Program-made: the position numbers and the translations under genes
NCBI GenBank assembly: GCA_965178125.1
Contig: OZ237748.1
Span: forward strand, 124,001-188,000
Source: Bilabrum cf. latius
Lineage: Eukaryota
Reading direction: 5' to 3'
DNA length: 64,000 nucleotides
Shown: positions 63,881 to 64,000 of the stretch, one piece after another
Layout: every line of letters starts with the position of its first letter
Numbering within the stretch: position 1 is the stretch's first letter
Notes under the pieces: model-generated
Seen by the model: only the letters and a program-made list of their open reading frames with translations
Database searches by the model: none
What the model was told of the DNA's origin: nothing

Positions 63881-64000
63881 ACTCTCGGTTGGTTCCAACG
63901 CCCGTTTGCTCACTTTGTAAATGTTACAAGAATCTAGATCTAACCAGGCATAAGTATAAATCCGCATCATGCGTGTGTCCTCTTCGACTCTGGCAAGCCC

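Overview
Gene-dense, GC-rich eukaryotic nuclear DNA with about 15 protein-coding genes and GT-AG spliceosomal introns of roughly 50-530 bp. The long Ala/Gly/Ser-rich insertions resemble a heterotrophic protist, possibly bicosoecid/stramenopile-like; this is inference only. Main result: the genome appears to use a non-standard nuclear code in which TAG encodes an amino acid, very probably Gln, while TAA and TGA remain stops. I count about 37 in-frame TAGs in 11 genes. Reading through them fuses the fragmented ORF track into complete proteins, places Gln at conserved Q positions (B-lectin QxDxNxV, KCC-type 'Q-L-K-A-G-K-G', the strand after kinesin switch I), and every gene whose 3' end is visible then ends in TGA or TAA. 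Genes: a >2000-aa unknown ORF, cyclophilin, GT10 fucosyltransferase, ARP4, an N-acylated hypothetical protein, kinesin, B-lectin, MAPR/cytochrome b5-like protein, ACADSB, N-BAR protein, PINK1-like kinase-ARM fusion, EF-hand protein, IF1-like ATPase inhibitor, cation-chloride cotransporter, UTP4-like WD40 protein and an adhesin-like type I membrane protein. Secondary signals: a strongly over-represented motif (GTGTGACGAGTG, about 40 copies in several frames and both strands), two further enriched words, several minisatellites, gene relics and a back-to-back chimeric junction. No rRNA, tRNA, CRISPR array or recognisable transposase was seen.
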